Of a DNA stretch of 48,719 bases, positions 45,984 through 48,719 are shown piece after piece. The notes below the pieces were generated by a model that searched no databases, had not been told where the DNA came from, and worked only from the letters and a program-made list of their open reading frames with translations. The stretch comes from Klebsiella phage PWKp14. Position 1 is the stretch's first letter. Each line of letters starts with the position of its first letter. A program made the translations under genes and the position numbers. The DNA is taken from the sequence record MZ634345.1; one strand, given 5' to 3'.

Positions 45984-46350
45984 GTAAGATTGAGAAAATC
46001 AGTCTTACCTTTTTTTTATGCCTGAAATTCAGTGGCTTGCAACTGGTCGAACCACTTTAGGTAAGATTTAGTAAGATGAATCTTACGTAAATTTCGCGCA
46101 AAATTTAACCAATTATCCGCAATATATAGATAGTAAGTATATGATAAATAATAATATTATTATTATTTCTCTATCTCTCTATACTTATCTTGGTAAGATT
46201 TCTCCGGGGTACGTGTCTTTTTTTCGCTGGATTCCGCGCCAGATTTTTCATGGATATTTACCTATAGGGATCTTACCATCTTACCGATTTGCGTTAACTT
46301 TATGAAATGTATGGAAAAAACCACGTAAGATGCATCTTACTAAATCTTAC
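45984..46350. promoter_or_regulatory. Iteron cluster / putative replication origin
   Basis: Ten GTAAGAT/ATCTTAC heptamers (45984, 46061, 46071, 46080rc, 46193, 46270rc, 46278rc, 46325, 46334rc, 46344rc) in an AT-rich non-coding gap. Confidence 0.65.
46079..46208. repeat. Copy B of the AT-rich inverted duplicated module
   Basis: Reverse complement of 30976-31104 with high identity; 46122-46167 identical to the complement of 31016-31061. Confidence 0.85.
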
Positions 46351-46383
46351 GTAAATTTCGCTCATTTTTTGACCAACCACGGA

Positions 46384-46425
46384 TAGCACTTTTTGACTTG
46401 CGCCGGGAATCGTCATGCGTATACT
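46384..46425 (+). promoter_or_regulatory. Palindrome promoter module copy 17 (variant)
   Basis: TAGCA-CTTTT-TGACT, N21, TATACT, then TAACGCAACGAAACC. Confidence 0.65.
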
Positions 46426-46458
46426 TAACGCAACGAAACCACAAATGGAGCAATATCA

Positions 46459-47505
46459 ATGGCTGAAGCAATTTTCAGGGCATACACCAGCAGTGAATTG
46501 ACTAACGAGCAATATCACGATCCTAACTCCTGGTGCGCGGAATACGTTAGCGGCTCAAGCCTCGGCGAGATTTACGCAACATCCCCGGCGCACTGGAAAT
46601 TCAAGGTGCGCGAGGAAACCGCCGCGCTGGCGTTCGGAACCTGTTCGCATACCTGTATGCTTGAGACGGCAAAATTTAATGGCGAGTACCTGCGGGCGAC
46701 TTCTCCGGGCGATGTTAAAGATCTGATTACGTCGAAGTCGGCATTGTCTGCGAAGCTGAAAGCGTGTGGCCTGATTGGGACGTCCAACAAGGATTACCCG
46801 GAACTTCTGGAAATGGCATATCGCGCCGGGATTGACGTAAATGTTTGGTGGGCGATTGAACTTTGCGACGAAAGCGCCGCGATGAACTCCGGGCGCAAGC
46901 TGGTTAAGGATGTTGATTTCGATGCCGTTGTTCAAATGCGAAGCGTGATGTTGGCCAACCCGCGACACGCCGCGTGTATCGAATCGCCTACCGCACAGCG
47001 TGAATTGTCAATCTTCGGTGAGATCTTCGGCGTCAAGGTCAAGGTTAGACTCGATCATGTTGACGTTGTTTCCGATCCAGAGCTAATCAAGGAGTGGGGG
47101 TTCAACCCGGATGAAGTTTTCGAGGTCGTGGTGATTACCGACTACAAAACCACGCAATCTTCCAAGCCTGACGATTTCGGTCGACTCGCCTTCAACCTGG
47201 GTTACTATCTCAAGATGGCATTGCAGCGCGATCTGTTCGTGAAGACTTACAACGAAAAACGCCCGGTAGTTGTCAGACTGCTAACGCAGGAGAAAAAATC
47301 ACCGTTTGCTCCGCTGGCGTTCACCCTTACCAGCCAGCAGATCGAGATCGGTCGCAAGCAGTATCAAAGCGTGATTCATCAGTATGCGGAATGCGTGAAG
47401 CATGATTCATGGCCATCATATGAGTCAAACGCGGCGGAAGTCGTTTTGCCTACTCCGCAGTTTGTGAAATACATGTTCCCGGACGTATACGGCACAAATA
47501 GCTAA
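46459..47505 (+). CDS. PD-(D/E)XK exonuclease (RecE/exodeoxyribonuclease VIII-like)
   Basis: ALAFGTCSHTCMLE, VKVRLDHVDVV, VVVITDYKTTQSS; paired with ERF and SSB. Confidence 0.8.
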   Translation: MAEAIFRAYTSSELTNEQYHDPNSWCAEYVSGSSLGEIYATSPAHWKFKVREETAALAFGTCSHTCMLETAKFNGEYLRATSPGDVKDLITSKSALSAKLKACGLIGTSNKDYPELLEMAYRAGIDVNVWWAIELCDESAAMNSGRKLVKDVDFDAVVQMRSVMLANPRHAACIESPTAQRELSIFGEIFGVKVKVRLDHVDVVSDPELIKEWGFNPDEVFEVVVITDYKTTQSSKPDDFGRLAFNLGYYLKMALQRDLFVKTYNEKRPVVVRLLTQEKKSPFAPLAFTLTSQQIEIGRKQYQSVIHQYAECVKHDSWPSYESNAAEVVLPTPQFVKYMFPDVYGTNS

Positions 47506-47531
47506 ACACTGGTGCGCACTTGTGATATAGT
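47490..47531 (+). promoter_or_regulatory. Degenerate palindrome promoter module / promoter for ERF
   Basis: CGGCA-CAAAT-AGCTA, N21, TATAGT. Confidence 0.4.
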
Positions 47532-47564
47532 GCGCATTACCAATCAGGAAAAGGAAACTTTATC

Positions 47565-48221
47565 ATGCGTACATCTGAAAAATTCACCACCATTGCAGCC
47601 GCATTAATCAAGGCAAAATCTGGCTTCGTGGCCGCAAAGAAAAGCGGCAAGAACAACCATCTTGGGAACACCTATGCGAATCTTGGGGATATCCTCGACG
47701 CTATTTCCCCGGCGCTGGAGAAGAATAAGATTATGGTCATTCAATCCATGATGGATACCAGCACCGAAAAGGTTATGCACCTCGAAACGATGTTTCTGCA
47801 CGAAAGCGGTGAGTTTATGGCGTTTCAGTACAATATGCCGATCAGCAAAACCGTCGAACAAGCATACGGCTCAACGACGTCTTACGCCCGACGCTATGCG
47901 CTGGCCGCAGCGCTCGGTATCAAGCAGGCGGATGATGATGCAGAAATTACGAAAATGACACCGAAAGACTTCAAAAAACGCATTGACGCGTGCGAAGATC
48001 TCGAATCGCTTCGGGAGATCTATAAGATGGCGAAACAAACGTTAACGCCTGCGGAATGGAAAATGACGGAAGACGATATCACCAAACGCCAGGCGGAACT
48101 GAAAGTCACCCCGGCGAACGGCTTTAACCCTGGTAAACCGCAAGAGGTTGCGAAACGTGAGCCGGAAAAGGTAGAATCAAAACCTGAACCAGAAGCACAA
48201 GATATTTCATCTTTCAACTAA
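47565..48221 (+). CDS. ERF-family single-strand annealing protein
   Basis: AALIKAKSGFVAAKKSGKNNHLGNTYANLGDILDAI...GSTTSYARRYALAAALGI. Confidence 0.88.
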   Translation: MRTSEKFTTIAAALIKAKSGFVAAKKSGKNNHLGNTYANLGDILDAISPALEKNKIMVIQSMMDTSTEKVMHLETMFLHESGEFMAFQYNMPISKTVEQAYGSTTSYARRYALAAALGIKQADDDAEITKMTPKDFKKRIDACEDLESLREIYKMAKQTLTPAEWKMTEDDITKRQAELKVTPANGFNPGKPQEVAKREPEKVESKPEPEAQDISSFN

Positions 48222-48251
48222 TTTAACCGGGCGGGAAACCGCCCCATAGGA

Positions 48252-48719
48252 ATGACAATGCATGTTGTAACAGGTGTAATCCGAAAAGAACCGTACATCA
48301 AGGAAGGCAGTAATAATAACGGGCCGTGGAAGATGTACGCCGTAGACCTGTCGGAGCGGATGAAGATCCGCAATCGTGATGGCGAGGACGAAACAATTTA
48401 CACGAACTACCGCGCCGTTTTCTTTGCCAAAGAAAACATGATTAAGTGGTACGACGAAGCGCTGCAAATGGATAAGGTAATCAGCGTCACCTGCCGGACG
48501 CTTCAGATCGTGAACCGCGAGCACAACGGCACAATTTACAGCCACAATGAAATGATTATGCCGCAACTCGAATTCAGCCAGCGCGAACCAACGCAGGGCG
48601 GCGGCAATCAGCAATCCGGGTGGGGCCAGCCTCAACAACCCAAGCCGCAACAAGCGCCTAAACCGCAAAACAGCGGCGGGAATACGGGAATGGATTTCGA
48701 TGATGATATCCCGTTCTAA
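48252..48719 (+). CDS. ssb: Single-stranded DNA-binding protein
   Basis: 155 aa OB-fold-like protein with acidic DFDDDIPF C-terminus; complete at window end. Confidence 0.88.
   Translation: MTMHVVTGVIRKEPYIKEGSNNNGPWKMYAVDLSERMKIRNRDGEDETIYTNYRAVFFAKENMIKWYDEALQMDKVISVTCRTLQIVNREHNGTIYSHNEMIMPQLEFSQREPTQGGGNQQSGWGQPQQPKPQQAPKPQNSGGNTGMDFDDDIPF

Overview
The window is most of the genome of a tailed siphovirus that looks like T1 (Drexlerviridae-type gene content). It is not an ordinary chromosomal region. The left half, read mainly leftward, carries a truncated tail fibre with heptad repeats and a peptidase S74 C-terminus, tail-tip proteins, J/I/K/L/M-type tail genes, tape measure, a G/GT frameshift pair, major tail protein, neck proteins, a DUF2184-type capsid, a DUF2213-type protease/scaffold, MuF, a DUF1073-type portal, and TerL/TerS. 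The right half carries many small early genes in both directions, a DUF3987 protein, a lysis cassette (holin, SAR endolysin, u-spanin), dNMP kinase, HAD phosphatase, phosphoesterase, Dam, VRR-NUC, helicase, an HTH regulator, primase, exonuclease, ERF and SSB. No integrase, tRNA or CRISPR array was recognised. The most interesting non-coding signals are: (i) about 17-18 copies of a promoter module, TAGCA-N5-TGCTA followed after a fixed 21-22 nt by a -10 box with no canonical -35, spread over the early region and placing a palindrome near -42; one copy lies in the leader of the HTH regulator; (ii) a roughly 130-bp AT-rich module present as two inverted copies about 15 kb apart (31.0 and 46.1 kb), the second embedded in a cluster of GTAAGAT iterons that looks like a replication origin; (iii) a well-formed internal start giving a nested scaffold protein; (iv) many intergenic terminators inside the late operon. 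Family assignments come from recalled motifs and synteny only; no database search was run.
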